The notes under the pieces were generated by a model. The model ran no database searches and was not told the origin of the DNA. It saw only the letters and a program-made list of their open reading frames with translations. Shown here piece by piece: positions 25,190 to 32,930 of a stretch of 60,828 nucleotides of DNA; position 1 is the stretch's first letter; each line of letters starts with the position of its first letter. Made by a program: the position numbers and the translations under genes. The stretch is from positions 1-60,828 of the forward strand of contig JBGPGA010000001.1 in NCBI GenBank assembly GCA_041483635.1. The letters are read 5' to 3'. Source of the stretch: Thermoplasmata archaeon. GTDB lineage: Archaea; Thermoplasmatota; Thermoplasmata; RBG-16-68-12.

Positions 25190-27043
25190 ATGAGCGTTTC
25201 TGGTATCGTTGAAGGTAATAATGTGAATCGAAAGAAACTGCTCGTTGGAGTTCTCGCGGCGGTCCTTGCGATTGTAGCGCTCGCGGCAGGGTACGCCTCG
25301 ACGGCGCAGACGCCGGTTCCGTCTGGAACCCGGTCGGGAGCCGCGTCGACGGTGACACTCATACCATCTGCCTGTGGTCAGGCGCCCGTATCCCTCGCAT
25401 CGGCCGCCAGTTTCGCCGTCCTCGCCGGCTCGACGGTCACCAACACCGGTGCGACTGCCGTGACTGGCGATCTCGGCGTGAGTCCAGGCACCGCGGTGAC
25501 GGGATTCCCGCCCGGGACGGTGGTCGGGACGGTCCACGCCGGCGATGCGGTCGCAGCCCAGGCAGAACTCGACTCGACCACTGCGTATAACGACGCCGCA
25601 GGACGAACCCTATGTCCCATCGCCGTGGCCGGAAACCTTGGAGGTCTAACCCTCACCCCTGGCCTTTACAAGTCCACGTCCAGTCTTGCGATATCCTCTG
25701 GGGATCTCACCCTAGACGCCCAAGCCGACGCGAGTGCGGCCTTCATCTTCCAGATCGCGTCCACTCTCACCACGACAACCGGTCGCCAGGTCATCTTGGC
25801 CGGGGGCGCCCAGCCGTCCAACATCTTCTGGCAGGTTGGCACTTCGGCGACTCTCGGAACGGCATCGATCTTCAGCGGCACTATCCTGGCGGATCAGTCC
25901 ATCTCGCTGAACACCGGCGCGACGCTGCACGGCAGGGCGTTGGCACACAATGGCGCGGTCACGCTGGACACCAGTAATGTTACGACCCTCGTGCCCGCGC
26001 TCCTCCGCGTGACGACGAATCCTGCGGTTCCCGGTAAGATCCTCGTCGATGGGATCCCGCGGGACGAGTGGGGCCTCGCTTGGATGAAGATCGCGCCGGG
26101 CCCGCACACGGTCTCGTTCGGGGACGTGTACGGCTTCGGCACGCCCGCCGCGCAATCCGTCACGACGACGTCCGGCGCGACGACGCAGGTCGTGGGGAAC
26201 TATGTCCAGTACGGCTCCCTGCGGGTGATTACGAACCCTGCGCTGCCCGCGACGATCTCCGTGAACGGCCAGCCCGTGAACGACTGGGGCATGTGGCGTG
26301 CCGCGGCCGCCGGATCGTACACGATTCACTTCGGGGCCGTCCAGGGGTACAACCCGCCGGCGGACCAGACCGCCACGGTCGTTGCCGGTGCGCTGACGAC
26401 GATCACGGGGAACTACATCCCGAACCCGTCCGCGCCCGGACCCGACCCCTCGACGTTCGGATACCTGCGCGTCACGACGAACCCCTCGGCACCGGCGACG
26501 ATCCTCGTGAACGGGATCCCGCGGAATGACTGGGGCCTGACGTGGGTGAAGATGGCGCCGGGCACGTACATCGTGTCCTTCAAGGGCGTGTATGGAGGCA
26601 CGCCGCCCGCTCCGCAGAGCGTCACGGTGACCGCGGGCGCTACGACCGTGTACGATGGAGTGTTCGTGGTTCACGGGTCTCTGCGAATCATCACATCCCC
26701 CGCGTTGCCGGCGACCGTCTTCGTGAACGGCGTGGCACGGGATGACTGGGGGATGTGGCAGTCGATGCCGCCGGGAACGTACACGATATCCTTCGGGGAT
26801 GTGGCCGGATACACGACGCCGCCTCCGCAGACCGCGATCGTCGCGGCGAACACGCTGACGTTGATCACCGGGGTGTATGCGGTGGCCCTGGCAAGTCCGC
26901 TTGTTTCCGGTCTCTCGACGCACGTTGGAACCAGCATGGCGGATCAGCCCATCTCGGTGAACACCGGCGCGACGCTGAACGGCAGGGCGTTGGCAAAGAA
27001 TGGTGCGCTCAGACTGGACGCCAGAGCCGTGACCAAGTCTTGA
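25190..27043 (+). CDS. surface protein: signal/anchor, then a DUF3494 (ice-binding-like beta-solenoid) domain, four PEGA-like repeats, and a repeated DUF3494 C-terminal strand
   Basis: N-terminal KKLLVGVLAAVLAIVALAAG. DUF3494 hallmarks include FAVLAGSTVTNTGATAVTGDLGVSPG.., GGLTLTPGLYKS, NIFWQVGTSATLGT and LHGRALAHNGAVTLD. The four repeats read LRVxTNPAxPAxIxVNGxPRxDWG. The start is GTG 25190 or GTG 25223. Confidence 0.8.
   Translation: MSVSGIVEGNNVNRKKLLVGVLAAVLAIVALAAGYASTAQTPVPSGTRSGAASTVTLIPSACGQAPVSLASAASFAVLAGSTVTNTGATAVTGDLGVSPGTAVTGFPPGTVVGTVHAGDAVAAQAELDSTTAYNDAAGRTLCPIAVAGNLGGLTLTPGLYKSTSSLAISSGDLTLDAQADASAAFIFQIASTLTTTTGRQVILAGGAQPSNIFWQVGTSATLGTASIFSGTILADQSISLNTGATLHGRALAHNGAVTLDTSNVTTLVPALLRVTTNPAVPGKILVDGIPRDEWGLAWMKIAPGPHTVSFGDVYGFGTPAAQSVTTTSGATTQVVGNYVQYGSLRVITNPALPATISVNGQPVNDWGMWRAAAAGSYTIHFGAVQGYNPPADQTATVVAGALTTITGNYIPNPSAPGPDPSTFGYLRVTTNPSAPATILVNGIPRNDWGLTWVKMAPGTYIVSFKGVYGGTPPAPQSVTVTAGATTVYDGVFVVHGSLRIITSPALPATVFVNGVARDDWGMWQSMPPGTYTISFGDVAGYTTPPPQTAIVAANTLTLITGVYAVALASPLVSGLSTHVGTSMADQPISVNTGATLNGRALAKNGALRLDARAVTKS
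25887..25973 (+). repeat. direct repeat A (87 nt), partner at 26937..27023
   Basis: By hand alignment it has about 10 mismatches in 87 nt against 26937..27023. The offset is exactly 1050 nt, so the copies are in frame. It encodes ADQSISLNTGATLHGRALAHNGAVTLD. Confidence 0.85.
26000..26885 (+). repeat. four tandem coding repeats (about 72-82 codons each) encoding PEGA-like domains
   Basis: Repeat starts lie near 26000, 26218, 26464 and 26681: LLRVTTNPAVPGKILVDGIPRDEWG, LRVITNPALPATISVNGQPVNDWG, LRVTTNPSAPATILVNGIPRNDWG and LRIITSPALPATVFVNGVARDDWG. Confidence 0.85.
26937..27023 (+). repeat. direct repeat A' (87 nt), partner at 25887..25973
   Basis: Encodes ADQPISVNTGATLNGRALAKNGALRLD at the extreme C-terminus of the same ORF. 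Confidence 0.85.
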
Positions 27044-27050
27044 GGCGTGC

Positions 27051-27890
27051 ATGACGACCAGATTCGCAGCGGGGGTGGGGGATGGCCAATCCAGGGAATC
27101 CGAGGCTCATCCAGGAGAGAACCCGAGGCATGATTCCCGGGACCATGTGGTCATCTTCCTTCCGGCCCGGAACGAAGAAGACGGGATCGGCCACGTCATG
27201 GATCGAATCCCTCGGGCCGTACTCGAGGCGGCAGGATACTCCGTGTCCGTCTGGCTCGTTGACGGGAGCTCGACCGACCGGACTCTGGAAGTGGGGCGAG
27301 ACCGGGGCGCAAACGTCTTCATCCAGCACGGACGGGGCAAGGGGAACGGGATGCGACAGGCGTTCAATCATCTCCTTCACGCGCGGGATCAAGCCGACGG
27401 GGCGCCCATCAATCGGGAGTTCTACCTGATGCTCGACGCGGACGGCACGTATCCCCCGGAGGCCATCCCCGAATTCGTCGAGGCCTTGGCCGCCGGGAAC
27501 GATGTGGTACTCGGATCGCGGTTCCGCGGTCGGATGGAGGATGGCGCGATGACGCCCTTGAACGTGTTCGGGAACCGCGCGCTGAACACGTTCGCGCGCC
27601 TCCTGTATGGCGTCTCCGTGACGGACGTGTGCACGGGGATGTGGGGCTTCAGTGCCGAGGCGCTTCGCCGGATTCCTCTGGAAGCGACCGGTTTCGACTT
27701 GGAGGCAGATCTGTTCGGCTCCGCGTGCCTTTCACAGGCGCGGATTCAGGAGATGCCCGTCGACTACGCCGTGCGGATCGGACCCGCGAAGCTGATTCTT
27801 CTTCGGAGCGGCTTGCAGATTGCCCTTCGCTTGCTCACCCGGCGGCTGAACGGTCGGTACACCAATGGCGGTCGAGCCGCAGCCGGCTCT
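27051..27890 (+). CDS. family 2 glycosyltransferase (dolichyl-phosphate sugar synthase-like)
   Basis: VVIFLPARNEEDGIGHV, LVDGSSTDRT, LMLDADGTYPPE (DxD) and LGSRF..GNRALN. The open frame formally runs to 28100, but the last roughly 70 codons overlie an out-of-frame DUF3494 remnant, so the true C-terminus is uncertain. Confidence 0.75.
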
Positions 27891-27894
27891 GTGA

Positions 27895-28104
27895 GCCGGG
27901 GCCGCGCAGGCGTCCAACTTCGCCTGGCAGGTCGGCAGGTCGGCAACCTCCGGACCGGACTCTTCATTCGTGGGAACGACCATGGCGGATTGGTCCACCA
28001 CGCTGGCTACCGACGCAACGCTGAACGGCAGGGCACTGTCGCAGACTGGCGCGATTACGCTGGACCCGACACGACAACCAAGCTGGCCCATGAGGGATGA
28101 ATGA
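27895..28104 (+). pseudogene. orphan fragment encoding the last roughly 65 residues of a DUF3494 ice-binding-like domain
   Basis: Frame +1 reads AAQASNFAWQVGRSATSGPDSSFVGTTMADWSTTLATDATLNGRALSQTGAITLDPT. It aligns with GGAQPSNIFWQVGTSATLGTASIFSGTILADQSISLNTGATLHGRALAHNGAVTLDTS of the upstream gene. There is an in-frame stop at 27892-27894 and no start codon for the conserved part. Confidence 0.7.
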
Positions 28105-28142
28105 CAGGAAACAGGGAGAAAGAAAACTAAAGAGGTGAAACA

Positions 28143-28262
28143 ATGGCAAAGAAGAGCAGAGGTGGCAGGATGACCGCGGCCAAAAGGCGTGCCGCGAAGT
28201 CCCCGGGTGGGCGTGGTCGCGTGCGAAAGCGCAAAGCAGGCCGAAACATCATGAAGACGTGA
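28143..28262 (+). CDS. arginine/lysine-rich micro-ORF 1 (39 aa; the conserved core is 30 aa from the internal ATG at 28170)
   Basis: MAKKSRGGRMTAAKRRAAKSPGGRGRVRKRKAGRNIMKT. A GAGGTGA Shine-Dalgarno element lies 5 nt upstream. The paralog at 28812..28904 differs mainly by synonymous changes. Confidence 0.6.
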   Translation: MAKKSRGGRMTAAKRRAAKSPGGRGRVRKRKAGRNIMKT

Positions 28263-28272
28263 AGACACCGGG

Positions 28273-28617
28273 GTGATGGAAATGGCGGTATCGCTCGTTT
28301 TGACCTTGGTCTTCTTCGTCATCGGATGGATCATTTCGGCCATCATCATCTACGTGGTCACGAAGCTGCTCGGGGAGAAGGAAGGGATCGGGACGGCCTT
28401 GTTGGCCGCCCTCGTGGGGGCCATCATCTACGCCTTGGCGTACTACTTCTTGGGTCAGGGGCTCCTCGCGGGCTTGATCGGCGGGGTCGTTTGGCTGCTC
28501 GCCCTTGGGAGTCTCTACAAGATTGGCTGGCTCAAGGCGCTCCTGGTCGCGATCATCGTGTGGATTGTCGCCATAATCGTGGGCTTCGTCCTGCCCACGG
28601 TTGTGGGTCCTCTGTGA
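28273..28617 (+). CDS. membrane protein (about 4 TM), function unknown
   Basis: 114 aa, almost entirely hydrophobic helices: AVSLVLTLVFFVIGWIISAIIIYVV, ALLAALVGAIIYALAYYFL, LIGGVVWLLALGSL and LLVAIIVWIVAIIVGFVL. Confidence 0.65.
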   Translation: MMEMAVSLVLTLVFFVIGWIISAIIIYVVTKLLGEKEGIGTALLAALVGAIIYALAYYFLGQGLLAGLIGGVVWLLALGSLYKIGWLKALLVAIIVWIVAIIVGFVLPTVVGPL

Positions 28618-28627
28618 GGTGATAAGG

Positions 28628-28771
28628 ATGGCAATCACCGTGCAATGGTCTCACATTGGACTGGGCTCCGTAGTGGCATTCTTGATAGGCTGGCTTTTGT
28701 TCGGCCTTCTTGGTGCGATCGTACTCGCCGTTATTGTCCTGTTGCTGATGGGGGTCATCAAGGTTAGGTAG
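28628..28771 (+). CDS. small membrane peptide (47 aa, 1-2 TM)
   Basis: MAITVQWSHIGLGSVVAFLIGWLLFGLLGAIVLAVIVLLLMGVIKVR. A GAGGTGAT Shine-Dalgarno element precedes the ATG. It is not in the supplied ORF track because it is under 60 aa. Confidence 0.45.
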   Translation: MAITVQWSHIGLGSVVAFLIGWLLFGLLGAIVLAVIVLLLMGVIKVR

Positions 28772-28811
28772 AGGTGACGTAAGAACAGCAAGGAAGAGCC
28801 GAGGCGGCAGA

Positions 28812-28904
28812 ATGACCGAGGCCAAGAGACCTGCCGCCAACTCGGCGGGTGGTCGCGGTCGCGTCCGCAAACGCCCAGCAGGCCGAGACATCATGAAGAC
28901 CTGA
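28812..28904 (+). CDS. arginine/lysine-rich micro-ORF 2 (30 aa), paralog of micro-ORF 1
   Basis: MTEAKRPAANSAGGRGRVRKRPAGRDIMKT, with a GAGGCGG element upstream. Against micro-ORF 1 there are 10 synonymous and 6 non-synonymous codon differences over 30 codons. Confidence 0.55.
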   Translation: MTEAKRPAANSAGGRGRVRKRPAGRDIMKT

Positions 28905-28920
28905 GAAGACGATGCAGGTG

Positions 28921-28962
28921 ATGGAAGTGTCGCTCTCGCTTGCTGCGGCGTTGGTCTCCTAG
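28921..28962 (+). pseudogene. truncated duplicate of the 5' end of the 28273..28617 membrane-protein gene
   Basis: GTGATGGAAGTGTCGCTCTCGCTT... (MEVSLSLAAALVS, then stop) parallels GTGATGGAAATGGCGGTATCGCTCGTT... (MMEMAVSLVLTLV...). It belongs to the duplicated module 28771..28962 versus 28131..28300. Confidence 0.55.
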
Positions 28963-28980
28963 AAAGACCGAGAGGCATGT

Positions 28981-29673
28981 ATGCCGTTGCCCATGGTTTC
29001 CAAGCTCCGCCTCACCCTTGCGATTCTTACGATCGGGTTCGCAATCGAAGGGGCGATGGAGGCGTACGCGTACGTGAGCCGCAGCTACCGATTGCCCTAC
29101 GCAGCTGTCATTTTCATCCTGGGGCCTTTCGTCACCTTGGCCGGTATCCTTGTCCTCTGGATGGGACGCAACCAGTGGAATGATCTCCTCAGTCGGCGAT
29201 TCCGACACGCTCATCGGACGTTCGGGCTCAGCCTCGTAGCTCTCGTGGCGGGCGTCGGACTCCTGGGCTGGTCCAGCTACGGGTCGGCCGCGCCGGTCTC
29301 GTGGTGGGTGTCCTGGGGGTTCGGCGCTGCGCTCATGGCTTCCCTGTTCCTCTCGTTCGCGACGTATGTGTTGCTTGCCCTCCACCTGACGGGATGGGTC
29401 GGCAAAGCCCTCCTCCTCCTCGCCCTTGGTTGGGCCGCGGTTGTGTCTTTCTGGATGGGGCAAGTCCTTGCCCAGGATTTCGGCGCGATCATCCGGGACC
29501 TTCAGACCCGCACGCTCGCCAATGGATCCCTCAACGCAACGGTTGCCGGTTTCGGATCCTATTTCGCTCTGACCTACGCTCTGCTCATCATCGCGTACCT
29601 CGACGCCTTCCGCAGAGTCCCTGTGGTGTCCCCCAAAGCTGCTCCGCATTCCGTTGCACCACCGGCCGCCTAG
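28981..29673 (+). CDS. polytopic membrane protein (about 6 TM), function unknown
   Basis: 230 aa with repeated hydrophobic helices and no motif I recognise. Confidence 0.6.
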   Translation: MPLPMVSKLRLTLAILTIGFAIEGAMEAYAYVSRSYRLPYAAVIFILGPFVTLAGILVLWMGRNQWNDLLSRRFRHAHRTFGLSLVALVAGVGLLGWSSYGSAAPVSWWVSWGFGAALMASLFLSFATYVLLALHLTGWVGKALLLLALGWAAVVSFWMGQVLAQDFGAIIRDLQTRTLANGSLNATVAGFGSYFALTYALLIIAYLDAFRRVPVVSPKAAPHSVAPPAA

Positions 29674-29778
29674 TCTCCGAGAGACGAGGGATGCCCAACG
29701 CGTGTTCCCCGGCCAATGGGTCGCAAACCCGGCCAACGGGTTCGGCGCGGGATACCTGACTGCGACGATTAGGGGACC

Positions 29779-30507
29779 CTAGAAGATTGCGAGCACGTGG
29801 CCCCCGATGCCGAGCGCGAAGAGCGCCACGACCGACGTGGCCCATGCGGCCTTGCTGGGCACCAGAATCAAGAATCCGTCACTCGCGGGGAGCGTCACAT
29901 TCACCGGGAGTCGCCCGGCGATCACGCGATGGACGGCGATGGGCGGGACCGGGATGAGGTTGAACCCCGCCAGGAGCAGGTTGACGAAGGCAAGGGTGCC
30001 GATGAAGATCGGGATCGGCTCCCTGAACCGACCGGGAGTCGTACCGAGTGCGACGGAGAGACCGATGAACCCGGCCGCGAAGGCGAGGTTCGCCGCAGGG
30101 CCGGCCACGCTGATTCGCACCTGGTGTCGAGGAGTGATGCGTCCGGAAATGACCACGGCCCCTGGCATCGCGAGCATCCAGCCGATGAAGGCGGTGACGA
30201 GCCCCACGAGGAGGCCCGTGGGAGAGTAGCGATATTCCGCGACGGCCCCGTATCGCTGGGCGACCACCTTGTGCGCAAGTTCGTGGAGGAAGAACGCGGT
30301 CACGACCGCAACGAAGGAGCCGGTCAGGACGAGCAGGAACAGAAGGTCGCCACCGAGGCGGAAGTAGCCCTCGAGATTCCGTGCGCCGCCGATGTAGGCG
30401 ATCGCAAATGCGAAGGTCATCACGGCCACGCCGATGGAGATCTGCCTACCCTCCACGCGGGTGAATCGCACCCCCAAGTGGCCTGGTTCGACACGGGCGT
30501 AGGGCAC
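29779..30507 (-). CDS. site-2 protease family (M50) intramembrane metalloprotease
   Basis: HELAHKVVAQRYG (HExxH) lies in a TM helix. The protein is polytopic, with a downstream NLLLAGFNLIPVPP (LDG-like) region. Confidence 0.8.
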   Translation of the reverse strand: MPYARVEPGHLGVRFTRVEGRQISIGVAVMTFAFAIAYIGGARNLEGYFRLGGDLLFLLVLTGSFVAVVTAFFLHELAHKVVAQRYGAVAEYRYSPTGLLVGLVTAFIGWMLAMPGAVVISGRITPRHQVRISVAGPAANLAFAAGFIGLSVALGTTPGRFREPIPIFIGTLAFVNLLLAGFNLIPVPPIAVHRVIAGRLPVNVTLPASDGFLILVPSKAAWATSVVALFALGIGGHVLAIF

Positions 30508-30607
30508 GCCGCGGCAATCTCCCGCTCCGTATTAGATGGTTCAGAGGGGCTTCGGGGTGCGGCCTCCACCCGAGGCCACTCCGGAAGTGTCGGGGAGAAA
30601 TCTGCGT

Positions 30608-30625
30608 CAACCTTGAATAAGGTTA
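30608..30625. promoter_or_regulatory. 18-bp near-palindrome CAACCTTGAATAAGGTTA (copy 3 of 4)
   Basis: Lies between the divergent site-2 protease gene (ATG 30507) and moaB-moeA. Its centre is 27 nt before TTG 30644 and 57 nt before ATG 30674. Confidence 0.7.
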
Positions 30626-30673
30626 ACTTGCGGGACGAACCTTTTGACCTTGGCTGGTCTTCTCCTCCCGCGC

Positions 30674-31174
30674 ATGCCCGTCCATCAGGACCACAGGGCC
30701 CACGCTCCCGCCTCCGTGAAATGCGGGGTCGTCACGAGTTCGGACAGCCGCACGGAGGCGATAGATGACTCGGGCAAGCTCATCCGTGAGCTCCTCCTCA
30801 AGGCGGGTCATGCGGTCCTCTTCTACGCAGTCGTGAAGGACGAGCCGAAGGCGATTGCGGACGCGGTCGAGCAGGCGTCGTGGACGTGCGATGCGATCAT
30901 CACGAACGGGGGCACAGGTCTCGGGCGGCGCGACGTGACGATTCCGACGCTCACCCCGCAGTTCGAGAGGACCCTTCCCGGCTTCGGCGAGCTCTTTCGG
31001 CGCCTTTCCTACGACTCGATTGGGAGCGCAGCCTGGCTCTCCGCTGCCAGCGCGGGCGTCTACCACGGCCGGATCGTGTTCTGCCTCCCCGGCTCGCCCG
31101 ACGCGTGTCGCCTCGCGATGGAGAAGCTCATCCTCCCCGAGCTCGGGCATGTGGTCGGGGTGATGAACCGGTGA
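30674..31174 (+). CDS. moaB: molybdenum cofactor biosynthesis protein MoaB/MogA family
   Basis: VKCGVVTSSDSRTE..., AIITNGGTGLGRRDVT and VFCLPGSPDA. The ORF is open from TTG 30644. Confidence 0.85.
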   Translation: MPVHQDHRAHAPASVKCGVVTSSDSRTEAIDDSGKLIRELLLKAGHAVLFYAVVKDEPKAIADAVEQASWTCDAIITNGGTGLGRRDVTIPTLTPQFERTLPGFGELFRRLSYDSIGSAAWLSAASAGVYHGRIVFCLPGSPDACRLAMEKLILPELGHVVGVMNR

Positions 31175-32439
31175 ACCGCGCGTCCGCGCGCCGCGGGCAC
31201 GACCACGACGACCACGAGCACCACGGCCGCGGCATGCGCCCGCTGAAAGCCCTCATCTCTCTCGACGAGGCGCTCCGGATGTGCATGGACCTCGCCGTCC
31301 CCCTCGAGCGTCGCGAGGCCGTCCCGCTCCTCGAGTCCCTCCGCCGGGTGAACTCGGAGGACGTCCGCGCGCCGATCGATGTGCCCCTGGCGGACCGGGC
31401 CGCGATGGACGGGTACGCGGTTGTCGCCCGGGAGACGTTCCGCGCGGGGAAGTTCAAGCCCGTGGTCCTCCGGATCCTGGAGACGGTCTACGCGGACGGA
31501 GTGCCGGCGAAGCGCGTGACGAAGGGACGGTGCACGGAGGTCGCGACGGGCGCGACCCTGCCTCGCGGAGCGGACGCGGTCGTCATGGTCGAGGATACGG
31601 AGCGCGAGAAGGACGACGTGAAGGTGTACCGCCCCGTGCATCCGCGGGAGAACGTCTCGGCCCAGGGGGAGGATATCCGCAAGGGCTCCCTCGTCGTCGC
31701 GCAAGGCGAGTGGCTCACCCCGGCGAAGGTCGGCGCGCTCGCGGCGATCGGGAGGGACCGCGTCTCCGTCTATGCGAGACCGAGGATCGCGATCCTGACG
31801 ACGGGCGACGAGGTCGTGCCGCCCGGGAAGGCAATCCGCCCCGGGCAGGTGTACGACATCAACTCGAACACGATGTCCTCCATCGTCCGAGAGAACGGCG
31901 GGGAGCCCGTCCTCCTCGGCCGCGTGGCGGACCGCCTCGAGGCCCTGCACGACGCCCTCGCGACGGCCGTGGAGCAGGACCTCGTCGTGTTCAGCGGCGG
32001 CTCGAGCGTCGGGGAGAAGGACATGATCATCGACGTGCTCCGGGCGATGGGCGATCTCCTCTTCCACGGGGTCGCGGTCAAGCCGGGCAAGCCGACCGTC
32101 CTGGGTCGCGTCGAGGGCAAGGCCGTCCTGGGGATGCCCGGATACCCGACCTCGTGCCTGAGCAATTGCTACCTGATCCTGGCCCCGATGCTGCGGCGCA
32201 TGGCCCACCTCCCGCCCGCGGTGGAATGCGTGGTGGAAGCCCCGCTCGCGAAGCGGTTGACGAGCGCCCTCGGTCGCGTCGAGTTCCACACCGTGCGCAT
32301 CGTGGACGGCGAGGCCGTCCCCGCCTACAAGGAGAGCGGCGCGATCACGTCGATGGCCCATGCGGACGGCTACATCGAGATCCCCGCGAACGTGGACCTC
32401 CTCGAGAAGGGGGAGACCGTCCGCGTGACCCTGTTCTGA
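31171..32439 (+). CDS. moeA: molybdopterin molybdenum/tungsten transferase MoeA, possibly with a His-rich N-terminal extension
   Basis: LDEALRMCMD.., DRAAMDGYAV, EVATGATLPRGADAVVMVE, SGGSSVGEKD and GLPGYPTSC. The conventional ATG is at 31234. An in-frame GTG at 31171 overlaps the moaB stop (GTGA) and would add VNRASARRGHDHDDHEHHGRG. Confidence 0.85.
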   Translation: MNRASARRGHDHDDHEHHGRGMRPLKALISLDEALRMCMDLAVPLERREAVPLLESLRRVNSEDVRAPIDVPLADRAAMDGYAVVARETFRAGKFKPVVLRILETVYADGVPAKRVTKGRCTEVATGATLPRGADAVVMVEDTEREKDDVKVYRPVHPRENVSAQGEDIRKGSLVVAQGEWLTPAKVGALAAIGRDRVSVYARPRIAILTTGDEVVPPGKAIRPGQVYDINSNTMSSIVRENGGEPVLLGRVADRLEALHDALATAVEQDLVVFSGGSSVGEKDMIIDVLRAMGDLLFHGVAVKPGKPTVLGRVEGKAVLGMPGYPTSCLSNCYLILAPMLRRMAHLPPAVECVVEAPLAKRLTSALGRVEFHTVRIVDGEAVPAYKESGAITSMAHADGYIEIPANVDLLEKGETVRVTLF

Positions 32440-32486
32440 CCCAAGCCGCGCAACCCTTATACGGGAGACTCGACTCGCGAAGCGGC

Positions 32487-32930
32487 ATGGTGCTCATCGA
32501 GCGTGCCGCCCCCCCGGACCGCCCCGACATCGAGCGTCTCATCGCGGCGTACCATGCGTCGGAGGGCGGGAAGCCGCGGCCCGAGCGGATTTCCTGGGCC
32601 GTGGACCAGATCCTTCGAAACCGGGTCGGGGGCGCCCTGCTCGTCGCCCGCGAGAAGCGCGCCGTCGTGGGCGTCGCGTTGGCGGTCTACCAGCCGTCCG
32701 CGGAGCTGGGACGCGTCCTGGTCGTCAACGACTTCTACGTGGATCCGGCGTTGCGCCGGAAGGGCATCGGACGCGCGCTCGCGGGGAAACTCGTGGACGA
32801 GGCGAAGGCGATGCACGTGGATCAGATCGATCTCGAGGTCCTTCCGACGAACGTCGCGGCGGCCGCGTTCTGGAAGTCCCTGGGCTTCCGGAACACGGGT
32901 CGCACGATCTACAGTCGCGGGTTCCCCTGA
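32487..32930 (+). CDS. GNAT-family N-acetyltransferase
   Basis: The acetyl-CoA motif A region reads VNDFYVDPALRRKGIGRALAGKLVDEA. A CAACCCTTATACGGG box lies about 30 nt upstream. Confidence 0.75.
   Translation: MVLIERAAPPDRPDIERLIAAYHASEGGKPRPERISWAVDQILRNRVGGALLVAREKRAVVGVALAVYQPSAELGRVLVVNDFYVDPALRRKGIGRALAGKLVDEAKAMHVDQIDLEVLPTNVAAAAFWKSLGFRNTGRTIYSRGFP

Noticed and set aside
29700-29750. Direct repeat CCCGGCCAAYGGGT x2 and the AACCCG-GCCAA-CGGGTT hairpin between convergent genes
   Set aside because: It is a short, single occurrence at a convergent 3'-3' junction. It is most simply a weak terminator-like hairpin and is not distinctive enough to report.
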